Assembly (NCBI GenBank): GCA_001766815.1
Contig: LYOS01000002.1
Span: 30,001 to 62,000, forward strand
Reading direction: 5' to 3'
Length of the DNA: 32,000 nucleotides
Source: Candidatus Syntropharchaeum caldarium
GTDB lineage: Archaea > Halobacteriota > Syntropharchaeia > Syntropharchaeales > Syntropharchaeaceae
Under the pieces are notes generated by a model, which had not been told where the DNA came from, ran no database searches, and saw nothing but the letters and a program-made list of their open reading frames with translations. Each line of letters opens with the position of its first letter. The first letter of the stretch is position 1. This document shows positions 21,185 through 30,110 of the stretch, piece by piece. A program made the position numbers and the translations under genes.

Positions 21185-23389
21185 ATGCGAGGGATGGAAG
21201 AGGTTGAATTGAGCCGTGATATGGGGCTTTTCCATATCACGATGATCGGTATCGGTGCGATGATCGGGGCCGGAATATTTGTTCTGACCGGTATTGCAGC
21301 GGGTATCGCAGGACCTGGTTTCATACTCGCGTTTCTTTTAAATGGCATCATCGCAGGCTTAACCGCGATGGCATACGCAGAGCTTGGTTCGTGTATGGCA
21401 GAGGCAGGTGGCGGGTATGTATGGATAAAACGGTCACTGCCGAATCCACTTGGATTCTTAAGCGGATGGATGGATTGGTTCGCACACTGCATCGCCTGCA
21501 GCCTCTATTCACTCGGATTTGGTGCGTATTTTGTTATTCTTCTGGAGATGGCAGGCGTAAACTTCATGGGAATAGATAAAGGAATTCTAATAAAGGTTTT
21601 TGCAGTTATTATCTGCGCATTTTTTGCATACATCAATTTTAAGGGTGCATCTCAGACAGGAAAAGCAGAAAGCGTTGTTACAATGATAAAAATTATAATT
21701 CTCGTTATGTTCATCGGATTTGGCGTCCTCGCAATTATAAGAAACGGAGATTATACAAATTTCACGCCCCTCTTCCCTAAAGGATTTTTCGCGGTCTTCA
21801 CAGCGATGGGATTGACCTACATTGCCTTTGAAGGCTATGAGATAATCGCCCAGGCAGGGGAAGAGGTTGTAAACCCAAAGAAGAATATCCCCAGAGCGAT
21901 ATTTATATCACTTTTAATTGTAATTCCGTTATATCTGCTCGTTGGATTTGTCGCTATCGGTGCAACCCATATTGAGGGGATGGAAACATATCTATATCTT
22001 GGCCAGAGTGGTGAGACAGCGATGGTTGAAGCCGCAAAGACTTTTATGCCCGCGGGTGCGCTGATTCTTCTGATAGGCGGCCTCATGTCGACTGTCTCAG
22101 CGCTCAATGCAACGATTTATTCATCCTCCCGTGTCTCGTTTGCGATGGGGCGGGATCATGATCTCCCTGAAGTTTTTGGCAGAATTCACAACAGAACACG
22201 CACCCCCCATATTTCTATTTTCATATCAGCCACACTGATAATCCTGATGGCGATCCTCCTGCCAATCGAGGATGTAGCGTCTGCAGCAGGTATATTTTTC
22301 CTCCTTATTTTCATTGGAGTCAATATCGCCATGATACGAATAAGAAAACAGATGCCAGAACTTGATCGAGGATTTATAACGCCCTTATTTCCATTTATCC
22401 CGTTATTTGCAATCATAGCTCAGCTTTTCATTGCAGCCTATCTCTTTGGCTACAGCCCTGTTGCCTGGTACACCGCGTTTTTCTGGATCATAATCGGTGT
22501 GATTGCATTCTATCTCTATCCTGTGAAGAAGGAGCGTGAGGAGATCGAAGCACAGATTGTATATGAAGAAAAGGAGATCGAGAAGAGACCTTATCGAATC
22601 CTTGTTCCAATTGCAAACCCTGAAACCGTAAAGGATCTGATAACGCTTGCATCGATCATCGCAAGAGAGAAAGATGGTGAGATACTTGCAATGGCAGTCA
22701 TAAAGGTCCCTGAGCAACTTCCGGTATCAAGCGGCAGAGAGTTCGTGGATGAGAAGAAACCGATCATACAGGATGCAGTAGAGGCATGTCCTGATGATAT
22801 ACCAATAAATACCCTGATCAGGGTGGGACACAGCATTCCCAGGGCAATTACAGAAACTGCGAAGACAAGAAATTGCGATCTCATAATACTCGGATGGAGG
22901 GGCTGGACGTGGCGGCAGGAGCGTATACTGGGGAGCACAATCGATCCCGTTGTTATTCATGCACCCTGCGATGTTATCATCGCCAGGTTCAGGGATTTTG
23001 TACCAGAGATGGTAAAAACGATACTTGTTCCAACCATAGGCGGTGTACATGCCAACTTTGCCTATGAGATCGCCAAAATTTTTGAGCGTGCAGGTGGCAG
23101 GATAAGAGCCGTGCGAATTGTGAAAGATCTGAAAGAAGAAAAGACACACATCACCGAGGATGAAATGGATATTGAGCTTATTCGTGCACCATCTGTTCGA
23201 GCCAAGCTTATTGAGCTATCAAAAGAGTCTGATCTGCTCGTGATTGGAGCAACAGAGGAACCGATCTTTAAACGCCTGGTATTCGGCATTGTTCCTGAAA
23301 CTGTTGCACGTTCGGCAGACTGCACGGTGATCATGGTCAAACGGTATGAGAATAAGGTTGTATCGATCCTCAAGCGCTGGCTTGGCTGA
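21185..23389 (+). CDS. APC-superfamily amino acid/polyamine permease fused to two C-terminal universal stress protein (UspA) domains
   Basis: About 12 TM helices with the APC-type N-terminus (ITMIGIGAMIGAGIFVLTG). These are followed by two USP modules (ILVPIANPET...IILGWRG; ILVPTIGGVH...LLVIGATEE...TVIMVKR). Confidence 0.9.
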   Translation: MRGMEEVELSRDMGLFHITMIGIGAMIGAGIFVLTGIAAGIAGPGFILAFLLNGIIAGLTAMAYAELGSCMAEAGGGYVWIKRSLPNPLGFLSGWMDWFAHCIACSLYSLGFGAYFVILLEMAGVNFMGIDKGILIKVFAVIICAFFAYINFKGASQTGKAESVVTMIKIIILVMFIGFGVLAIIRNGDYTNFTPLFPKGFFAVFTAMGLTYIAFEGYEIIAQAGEEVVNPKKNIPRAIFISLLIVIPLYLLVGFVAIGATHIEGMETYLYLGQSGETAMVEAAKTFMPAGALILLIGGLMSTVSALNATIYSSSRVSFAMGRDHDLPEVFGRIHNRTRTPHISIFISATLIILMAILLPIEDVASAAGIFFLLIFIGVNIAMIRIRKQMPELDRGFITPLFPFIPLFAIIAQLFIAAYLFGYSPVAWYTAFFWIIIGVIAFYLYPVKKEREEIEAQIVYEEKEIEKRPYRILVPIANPETVKDLITLASIIAREKDGEILAMAVIKVPEQLPVSSGREFVDEKKPIIQDAVEACPDDIPINTLIRVGHSIPRAITETAKTRNCDLIILGWRGWTWRQERILGSTIDPVVIHAPCDVIIARFRDFVPEMVKTILVPTIGGVHANFAYEIAKIFERAGGRIRAVRIVKDLKEEKTHITEDEMDIELIRAPSVRAKLIELSKESDLLVIGATEEPIFKRLVFGIVPETVARSADCTVIMVKRYENKVVSILKRWLG

Positions 23390-23434
23390 TTAAATATTTA
23401 TATCATTAGATTAAACATTAGACGAGGGATACTG

Positions 23435-23809
23435 ATGTCTAAAGGATTCTTGAATAAGTTATTAGATCCACATGCGCGAACGAGAGAGGAAGAGTACATC
23501 GATCTGGATCTTGCTGAGTACGAGGAGATTCTTGATGAAGAACCTGCTGCACTCTTTGTCAAACTTGCAGAGTTGACAGGCGTGAACGACCTCCCGGAGA
23601 TCAAGAAAGAGGTGTATAACGGTAATATCGTAATTGTAGATATCTCACTTATCAAGAATGATAAGATCACGATGGACAGGACGACCAAAGAGCTTAAGCA
23701 GGTTGTGGCAGATATAAAGGGAGATATAGCGATGACAGAGCATGATCTGGTGATCGTAACGCCTTCAAATGTCAGGGTTGATCGGAAGAAACTTGTCAGA
23801 AAGTACTGA
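23435..23809 (+). CDS. sepF: Archaeal cell division protein SepF (DUF552)
   Basis: 124 aa with an acidic N-terminal linker. The SepF core is FVKLAELTGVNDLPEIKKEVYNGNIVIVDISLI...LKQVVADIKGDIAMTEHDLVIVTPSNVRV. Confidence 0.8.
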   Translation: MSKGFLNKLLDPHARTREEEYIDLDLAEYEEILDEEPAALFVKLAELTGVNDLPEIKKEVYNGNIVIVDISLIKNDKITMDRTTKELKQVVADIKGDIAMTEHDLVIVTPSNVRVDRKKLVRKY

Positions 23810-24179
23810 TCCAGCAACATCAAGGATCAAATCTGATACGAGGGGAAGAAGGTTTGAGTTTAGAATTATATCATGTGAGGACCTTCTGGTAAGGGTCATA
23901 CGGGCTGAAACCTGTCAGATTGAGATTCCTGAACTTGGTGTTGTGATAGAACCTGGTAACGCCTCTGAAGGATTTATCACAAATGTTGAGGGGGTGCTTT
24001 TGCGCATCGAGAAGGTTCTTGGTATGACGAAGAACTGGGCGATCAGAGACGGTGATAAAGATAAAATAGAACAGATTGAAGAACTCTCTAACCGAATTGA
24101 TGCGGTGAAAAATGGAGAATTTGCGATAACACTTATTCTGGAGGATGAAACAGGAAACTCGGCAATTCTCGGAGAGTAA
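23769..24179 (+). CDS. ZPR1-related protein lacking the N-terminal zinc ribbon; start uncertain
   Basis: EDLLVRVIRAETCQIEIPELGVVIEPGNASEGFITNVEGVLLRIEKVL matches the conserved middle of archaeal ZPR1-type proteins (DL..rV.rS..a.I.IPELg.ei.PG....G.It.vEG.l). No CxxC pairs are present. The only ATG upstream of the domain (23769) overlaps sepF by 41 nt. Confidence 0.6.
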   Translation: MSGLIGRNLSESTDPATSRIKSDTRGRRFEFRIISCEDLLVRVIRAETCQIEIPELGVVIEPGNASEGFITNVEGVLLRIEKVLGMTKNWAIRDGDKDKIEQIEELSNRIDAVKNGEFAITLILEDETGNSAILGE

Positions 24180-24182
24180 TAT

Positions 24183-26012
24183 TCAATCATCAAACTTCGC
24201 CTCAATCTCACGTGGAGGTATTCCGTTCTCATCCCAGCCCCGTCGTTTGTAATACAGCGAGAGCAGTTTCTGGAATTCATCTTTATCGATCACCTTTCCT
24301 GCATTGGGTCCGGTGAGAACGGGTCTGGCATAAACCTTGTAGGGCAGTGTATCATCCTTGCGGTTCACACCCATTCTTGTATTTATCAATCTCGTCAGAT
24401 CATAGATATCCTTCGATCGTTCCAGCAACTCTTCGAGCGAGGTTTCTCTGCCGGTCACATATCTGTAGAAATTCTCATAGTGACGTTCATTCAACCCCAG
24501 TTCAATCCATGGCAACCGACAGACTCCCAGCATATCAAAGAGTGGTCGTAGCGTCTGGTGATAGATCACGATCTCGACCTTCTCCTCATCTGTCCAGTTC
24601 TGCCCTTCTTCCATCTCCTTGGCGATGGTCCATGCACGTGTGTGGTGCGCACCGATATCAGAGGTAGCATATCCAAGTGCCATTGATATACCCGCACGAC
24701 TGTCATAAGCCGACTGTTCAAGCCCTTTGACATGCAGAATTATCTTCTCCATCTCAGGCCACCGTTCAATGATCCTGAGCGATCCCTGTGAAAGTATATC
24801 GCCGACTCCTTCTCTGAATGCGATCTTACGGATAAGGTTAAGGATTGCATCCTCATCTCCCCATGCTATCTCTTCATTGTCAATATCAGCAAGCGATAGT
24901 ATGCCCTGCTCATAACCCTCGATCACAGCCCCTATAATATTGCCGGTGGAGATCGTATCGATACCAAGTTCGTCACAAAGCCTGTTGGCAGCAAGCACCG
25001 CAGCGAAGTTATCGACACCAAGATTTGAGCCAAGCATCGCGCATGACTCATATTCTGGACCCTCGGTGACGGTTCCGGTGTATTTACCATTCTTGACCAG
25101 GCATATATTACCACAGGTCATGGAACAGGCGAAACAGGCACTATCACCTATCTTGTAACGATCGAGCATCTCTTCGCCATTTATTCTATCATGTCTTACA
25201 AATACCGTATCCCTGAAGTTGTAGGTGGGTAAAATTCCATGCTCATTCGCATACTCAATGACGTTCATCAATCCCTGCTGCTGCCAGAGTTCAAAATATT
25301 TGTGCTTTGATAGGTATTCATAGGCGCGATCAGCCTCTGCCACCAGGCCGTTAACATCATAGACAGGAAGATCCTTGTGGCCTCTTACAGCGATTGCTTT
25401 GAGGTTCTTTGATCCCATAATGGCGCCTATACCCGTCCTTCCCGCATTACGACTCCAGTCAGTATTTACACATGCAAAAAGAACCTGATTCTCGCCACCA
25501 ACACCAATGGCAGCAATGTGCATCGCATATGTGCCCAGCTTCTCGAATATGATCCCTTCTGTTTCAAGGCAACTCTTACCTTTGAGTTCAGGCATTGGTA
25601 TGATCTCGGTTGAGTCGTTGTCGATGAAGAGAATCGAAAGCTCAGGAGCCCTGCCCTTTATTGAGAGGACATCGATTCCTGACTGGCGAAGCTCAACCCC
25701 GAATGCACCCCCTGCAGATGAGTCACCATACATCCCTGTAGCAGGCGATATGGAGATGAAAGAGCACTTACCTGAGGATGGTAAGTACACCCCTGTAAGC
25801 GGCCCAGGCGCGATGACAAGCAGATTCTCTGGACCAAGTGGATCAATCTTAAAGTCGTGCATCCTGAGGTTATCCCAGACAAGTTTTGCACCAAACCCTC
25901 TGCCCCCGATATACTTTTCAAGGAAGGTTTCTGATAAATCCAGACGTTCAATCTCTCCATCGGTAAGATTGACATGGAGATGTTTCCTGAAATACCCGCT
26001 CCTGATGTTCAT
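24183..26012 (-). CDS. aor: Aldehyde:ferredoxin oxidoreductase family (tungstopterin enzyme)
   Basis: 609 aa with an AOR_N-like N-terminus (GGRGFGAKLV). GIGAIMGSKNLKAIAVRG, the [4Fe-4S] ligands CFACSMTC (CxxCxxxC) plus a later MLGVCRLP, and the family-typical C-terminus (YYKRRGWDENGIP). Confidence 0.9.
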   Translation of the reverse strand: MNIRSGYFRKHLHVNLTDGEIERLDLSETFLEKYIGGRGFGAKLVWDNLRMHDFKIDPLGPENLLVIAPGPLTGVYLPSSGKCSFISISPATGMYGDSSAGGAFGVELRQSGIDVLSIKGRAPELSILFIDNDSTEIIPMPELKGKSCLETEGIIFEKLGTYAMHIAAIGVGGENQVLFACVNTDWSRNAGRTGIGAIMGSKNLKAIAVRGHKDLPVYDVNGLVAEADRAYEYLSKHKYFELWQQQGLMNVIEYANEHGILPTYNFRDTVFVRHDRINGEEMLDRYKIGDSACFACSMTCGNICLVKNGKYTGTVTEGPEYESCAMLGSNLGVDNFAAVLAANRLCDELGIDTISTGNIIGAVIEGYEQGILSLADIDNEEIAWGDEDAILNLIRKIAFREGVGDILSQGSLRIIERWPEMEKIILHVKGLEQSAYDSRAGISMALGYATSDIGAHHTRAWTIAKEMEEGQNWTDEEKVEIVIYHQTLRPLFDMLGVCRLPWIELGLNERHYENFYRYVTGRETSLEELLERSKDIYDLTRLINTRMGVNRKDDTLPYKVYARPVLTGPNAGKVIDKDEFQKLLSLYYKRRGWDENGIPPREIEAKFDD

Positions 26013-26545
26013 TATAACTCCTCTTTTCCTATCTCAGCATACTGAATGACCTTCTTCTCACCCTTCTCATAGAACTCGATCTCCTTCATCTGGGTGTAGC
26101 TAAGGACATTGTTGAGGCGCCTGACTTCTCCAAGCGCTGCCTCTGGTATGAGCCTGAGTGCGCCCTTCGGGCATTTTTTAACACATTCTGGGTCTCCGCC
26201 ACACATATCACACTTGATTGGAAACTCACAGTCCTCATGGGCATATATCGCACCAAATGGACATGCTTCGATGCATTTGAAGCACGAGATACAGACGTCC
26301 TTATCCAGCTGCACCACACCATTATCCCGGCGCAGTGCACCCACAGGACATACCTCTTCACATGTTGACCGCTTACACTGGCTGCAAACGATCGGCATTC
26401 GCAGAACAGGATGTGGATATACAACAATCACCCTGATTGCCGCCTTTTTGGGGTTGTTCACACCAAATTGCCTGATTGAACAGACAAGCTCACATATTTT
26501 ACAACCAGAACACTGCTCTGGGATTACGGTCAGTTTCCTGGACAT
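26012..26545 (-). CDS. 4x[4Fe-4S]-type ferredoxin-like Fe-S protein, probable electron-transfer partner of the AOR
   Basis: Four Cys clusters: CSGCKICELVC, CSQCKRSTCEEVCP, CISCFKCIEACP and CDMCGGDPECVKKCP. Its stop shares 1 nt with the AOR start (TAATG). Confidence 0.9.
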   Translation of the reverse strand: MSRKLTVIPEQCSGCKICELVCSIRQFGVNNPKKAAIRVIVVYPHPVLRMPIVCSQCKRSTCEEVCPVGALRRDNGVVQLDKDVCISCFKCIEACPFGAIYAHEDCEFPIKCDMCGGDPECVKKCPKGALRLIPEAALGEVRRLNNVLSYTQMKEIEFYEKGEKKVIQYAEIGKEEL

Positions 26546-26550
26546 GATAT

Positions 26551-26618
26551 AGATCTCCCATATATCTATCTGTTATTGAGCTATTTATTAAAAACTGTAT
26601 CTGTACTTTTGGAGATCT
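26551..26618 (-). promoter_or_regulatory. Inverted repeat AGATCTCC/GGAGATCT bracketing the aroD to Fe-S-gene intergenic region; the downstream arm contains the Shine-Dalgarno sequence
   Basis: There is a perfect 8-nt inverted repeat, at 26551-26558 and 26611-26618. In minus-strand RNA, UG-AGAUCUCC (overlapping the aroD stop) can pair with GGAGAUCU, which ends 5 nt before ATG 26545. The loop carries the TATA-like sequence TTTTTAATAAATAG. Confidence 0.25.
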
Positions 26619-27295
26619 CATACAGCCATCACATTGAGCAGCCGTTTCATCTCCCCCACACTCATCTGTCCTGGTGCAACCGCTTCTCTCACAAATCCAT
26701 AGTTCAGGGCTGATCCATAGATTGGCGCAATGACTCTTGCATGCCTCCCCAGTTCACCCATCGTTATAACAGAAAGTCGCATCGGAGAATCAAGCAGAAG
26801 CTCAAACAGTCTCAGACAGTCATGGAGGTCGTTGACCATCGTCGCAATCTTTCCAATATCGGCTCCACACGCTTTCATCCTTGAAACGATCATGGAGAGT
26901 TCATCCTCATCTGGAGTTAGCTCAAAGTTGTGGCAGGAGACAATCACTTCAACTCCCTGCTCCTTGGCCTTCCTGATCACATCATCCCGCACCCCGCATT
27001 CAAGCTCAATATCGACGTAATCAAGAATATCCAGCATGTGAATCAAAAACTCGATTCGAGCCTCTTCATCCTCTTTAAATCTTCCACCCTCAAGCTCCCA
27101 TCTGTTTGTTCCGATGATTTCAAGACCGATCCTTTTAAGTTTCAGGAGGAATCGCCTTGTATCCTCCAGTGAGAGCCCCCAGAGATCGAGCCTCGCCTCA
27201 AGGACGTCTGCACCATCCTTCTTTGCAAGTTGAGCACTCTTGAGATCTGGTTCATCGATTACACCAACGATCAGTGGTTTGAGTTCATCGCCCAT
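26618..27295 (-). CDS. aroD: 3-dehydroquinate dehydratase, type I
   Basis: TIM-barrel DHQase-I pattern: LEARLDL, SCHNFELTP (catalytic His region) and GADIGKIATMV (Schiff-base Lys). ATG at 27295 (TGATG overlap); the alternative TTG at 27298 is the track start. Confidence 0.85.
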   Translation of the reverse strand: MGDELKPLIVGVIDEPDLKSAQLAKKDGADVLEARLDLWGLSLEDTRRFLLKLKRIGLEIIGTNRWELEGGRFKEDEEARIEFLIHMLDILDYVDIELECGVRDDVIRKAKEQGVEVIVSCHNFELTPDEDELSMIVSRMKACGADIGKIATMVNDLHDCLRLFELLLDSPMRLSVITMGELGRHARVIAPIYGSALNYGFVREAVAPGQMSVGEMKRLLNVMAV

Positions 27296-28452
27296 CAATC
27301 GAGTTCCTCCATAAACTCCCTGATGCGAGTCATGGCCTCCCTTATGTCATCAACCGAGACTGCATAGGCACATCTAACAAAACCCTTACCACATTCTCCA
27401 AAGACCTCACCAGGGACAACAGCAACCTTCTTCTCATTAAAGAGACGCTCTGCAAACTCAGTTGAATTTAGTCCGCTCGCCTCTATCGAGGGGAATGTAT
27501 AGAATGCACCGCGTGGGTTGAAGCATTCAAGCCCAGCCTCTTCAAGCCCAGCCACCATCAGCCGCCTGCGTCTGTTGTACTCATCCACCATCTCGGTACA
27601 GGCGTCTTCGCCATTTCGCAAAGCCTCACAGGCTGCGAGTTGTGACTGTATTGGAGCACAGAGCATTGTGTACTGGTGTATCTTCATCATCGCCTCAATT
27701 ACATCTCTGTTTCCACAGGCATACCCGATTCTCCATCCTGTCATCGCATAGGACTTTGAGAATCCATTCAGGAGTATCGTTCTCTCCCGCATACCGTCCA
27801 GGGATGAGAAGCATGTGTGTTTTCCATTATAGGTCAACCTGCTGTAGATCTCATCAGATACCACAAATAAATCATGCTCGTTTGCAATATCTGCGATTTC
27901 TTCCAGCTCTTTTTTTGATAGAATTGCACCTGTAGGATTATTTGGATAACCAAGTATCAATGCTTTTGTTTTCTCTGTTATCTTCGATTTAATGTCCTCT
28001 ACAGTTGGTTTGAACTCGTTTGAACTCTCGGTTGGCACAACCACAGGTTTACCATAAGCAAGAATGATGCAGGGCTTGTATGAGACGTAGCACGGCTCAA
28101 TCACGATAACCTCATCCCCTGGATCAAGGAGTACACGCATCGCGATATCAAGCGCTTCTGATACACCGCTTGTGACGAGCACCTCGCCATGCATATCATA
28201 ATCAACGTTGCAATCACACTTTACCGACTCTGAGATCAACTCTCTGAGTTCAATTAGACCCCAGTTTGAGGTATAGGATGTGCGTCCGTCCTCAAGCGCC
28301 TTTATCCCTGCTTCTCTGATGTGCCATGGTGTGACAAAGTCGGGCTCTCCAACACCGAGCGAGATCACATCAGGCGTGTTCAGTATCAGATCGAAGAACC
28401 TTCTTATCCCTGATGCAGGTATATCATTTAACCGCTGCGAGATTGGTTTCAT
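27295..28452 (-). CDS. Class I/II pyridoxal-phosphate-dependent aminotransferase (aspartate/aromatic type)
   Basis: GEPDF, NPTG (YPNNPTG) and the PLP-Lys motif SKSYAMTGWRIGY. 385 aa. Confidence 0.9.
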   Translation of the reverse strand: MKPISQRLNDIPASGIRRFFDLILNTPDVISLGVGEPDFVTPWHIREAGIKALEDGRTSYTSNWGLIELRELISESVKCDCNVDYDMHGEVLVTSGVSEALDIAMRVLLDPGDEVIVIEPCYVSYKPCIILAYGKPVVVPTESSNEFKPTVEDIKSKITEKTKALILGYPNNPTGAILSKKELEEIADIANEHDLFVVSDEIYSRLTYNGKHTCFSSLDGMRERTILLNGFSKSYAMTGWRIGYACGNRDVIEAMMKIHQYTMLCAPIQSQLAACEALRNGEDACTEMVDEYNRRRRLMVAGLEEAGLECFNPRGAFYTFPSIEASGLNSTEFAERLFNEKKVAVVPGEVFGECGKGFVRCAYAVSVDDIREAMTRIREFMEELD

Positions 28453-28937
28453 AGCGATACCGCCAGTCGCCCTCCTCCATCCCGCTGGTAAACGATCTCA
28501 CCTTCATCCTTGTACATCTTGAGTGAGAAATGAGTGACCGTGCGCTGAACATTATGGATCGTTGCGATCTTATCCTCGACAAAATATGCCACATCCTTGA
28601 GCGTCCTGCCACGCACTACAACTGAGAGATCGTAGCTACCTGATACAAGCCGTACCGATCGAACTTCGGGGAACTCTGCGATTCGCTTTGCCACAACATC
28701 ATATCCCTCACCCTCTTCCAGATTGATACTGATCTCAATCAGGGCGTAGACGTACTCCTGTCCTGCCTTCTCCCAGTCGATCATCGTCTTGTACTTGTGT
28801 ATGATACCCTCCTCCTCAAGTTGCTTTATCAGAGCTTCGACCTCTTCAACCGATCTTCCAACCATCTTTGCGATCTCTTCAGTCGGAGTTCTTGCATTCT
28901 TCTCAAGAATATCAAGTACATCCATCATAAAGGTCAT
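28449..28937 (-). CDS. Lrp/AsnC-family transcriptional regulator embedded in the asd-aroD operon
   Basis: HTH region (DILEKNARTPTEEIAKMVGRSVEEVEALIKQLEEEGII) plus a RAM-like C-terminal domain. ATGA overlaps at both ends. Confidence 0.85.
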   Translation of the reverse strand: MTFMMDVLDILEKNARTPTEEIAKMVGRSVEEVEALIKQLEEEGIIHKYKTMIDWEKAGQEYVYALIEISINLEEGEGYDVVAKRIAEFPEVRSVRLVSGSYDLSVVVRGRTLKDVAYFVEDKIATIHNVQRTVTHFSLKMYKDEGEIVYQRDGGGRLAVSL

Positions 28938-29977
28938 TTAACTATCCCTCGCTCCACTGCGAATACTTCGGCATTGAGGACAGACGCTCCAACAGCACCC
29001 CTTATCGTGTTGTGCCCCATGGCGATGTACTTCAATCCCATACTATCTGCCCGTATCCTCCCGACAGAGACCGTCATCCCCCTGCCAAGATCGCGATCAA
29101 GGCGTGGCTGTGGACGATCTTCCTCTTCCATCACCATGATCGGCATCTCTGGAGATGTGGGAGACTCAATCTCTCTCCTGAAGTCATAAAAAGCCTTTTT
29201 AATTTCACTAACTGAGGGATCGGATGTGAACTCAACCCAGATCGCTTCTGTATGTCCATCTATCACAGGAACTCGATGGCAGCTCGCACTTATCTTGAAG
29301 TTTGCAGGTTTCACGACATCACCATCAAGCTCACCGAGGATCTTCAAAGGCTCTGTTTCCATCTTTCCCTCTTCACCACCAATGAAGGGTATGACATTGT
29401 CGTGTATCGCCATCGCAGGCAAGCCCGTATATCCTGCACCAGAGATCGCCTGCATCGTTGCAACCCGCACATGCTTAATCCCAAATTGCATGAGTGGTTT
29501 GAGCGTCATGGTCATCACGATGGTTGAACAGTTCGGATTTGTGATGATGCACCCATCCCAGCCGCGCTTTCTTTGCTGGACCTCGATCAACGCGAGATGA
29601 TCACGGTTAACCTCAGGAATTACAAGTGGAACATCTGCATCCATACGGTGAGCTGCTGCGTTGCTTGCCACGGTAAAACCGGCCTCTGCAAATTCGACTT
29701 CAGTCTTTTTAGCGATATTTGCAGGTATAGCTGAGAATAGAAGTTCAATATCACTATTTTTGAGTGATTCGGGTCTTGCAAGCTTGACCTCCATCGTCTT
29801 GAGATCTTCGGGCAACGCTGTCTCGATGAGCCACTTTGTAGCATCCCTGTACTTCTTTCCAGCACTTCGTTCAGATGCAAGAAGTTCTGTAATCTCAAAC
29901 CATGGATGTTCTGAGAGTATCTGGATAAAACGTTGTCCCACAGCTCCTGTTGCTCCAAGTACGCCTACTTTTATCAT
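28934..29977 (-). CDS. asd: Aspartate-semialdehyde dehydrogenase
   Basis: Rossmann N-terminus KVGVLGATGAVGQRF, active-site NPNCSTI, and a His region (SASCHRVPVIDGHTEAI). Confidence 0.9.
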   Translation of the reverse strand: MIKVGVLGATGAVGQRFIQILSEHPWFEITELLASERSAGKKYRDATKWLIETALPEDLKTMEVKLARPESLKNSDIELLFSAIPANIAKKTEVEFAEAGFTVASNAAAHRMDADVPLVIPEVNRDHLALIEVQQRKRGWDGCIITNPNCSTIVMTMTLKPLMQFGIKHVRVATMQAISGAGYTGLPAMAIHDNVIPFIGGEEGKMETEPLKILGELDGDVVKPANFKISASCHRVPVIDGHTEAIWVEFTSDPSVSEIKKAFYDFRREIESPTSPEMPIMVMEEEDRPQPRLDRDLGRGMTVSVGRIRADSMGLKYIAMGHNTIRGAVGASVLNAEVFAVERGIVK

Positions 29978-30110
29978 TTTATACCCACCTTTAAAACCTA
30001 CAAATCTACTCCTTTATATACTTATACTTTTCGATTGACCGTATTTTACCCACAAATTCACATATCCCTCACCAATTCTTTAATAGATCCAGCATCATAT
30101 ATTTATCTAC

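Noticed and set aside
25507-26552. Long plus-strand ORFs (180 aa at 25507..26049 and 147 aa at 26109..26552) opposite the AOR and Fe-S genes.
   Set aside because: These are antisense shadows of strongly motif-supported genes. Their composition is Ser/Pro/Ile-rich and low-complexity, with no recognisable motifs.
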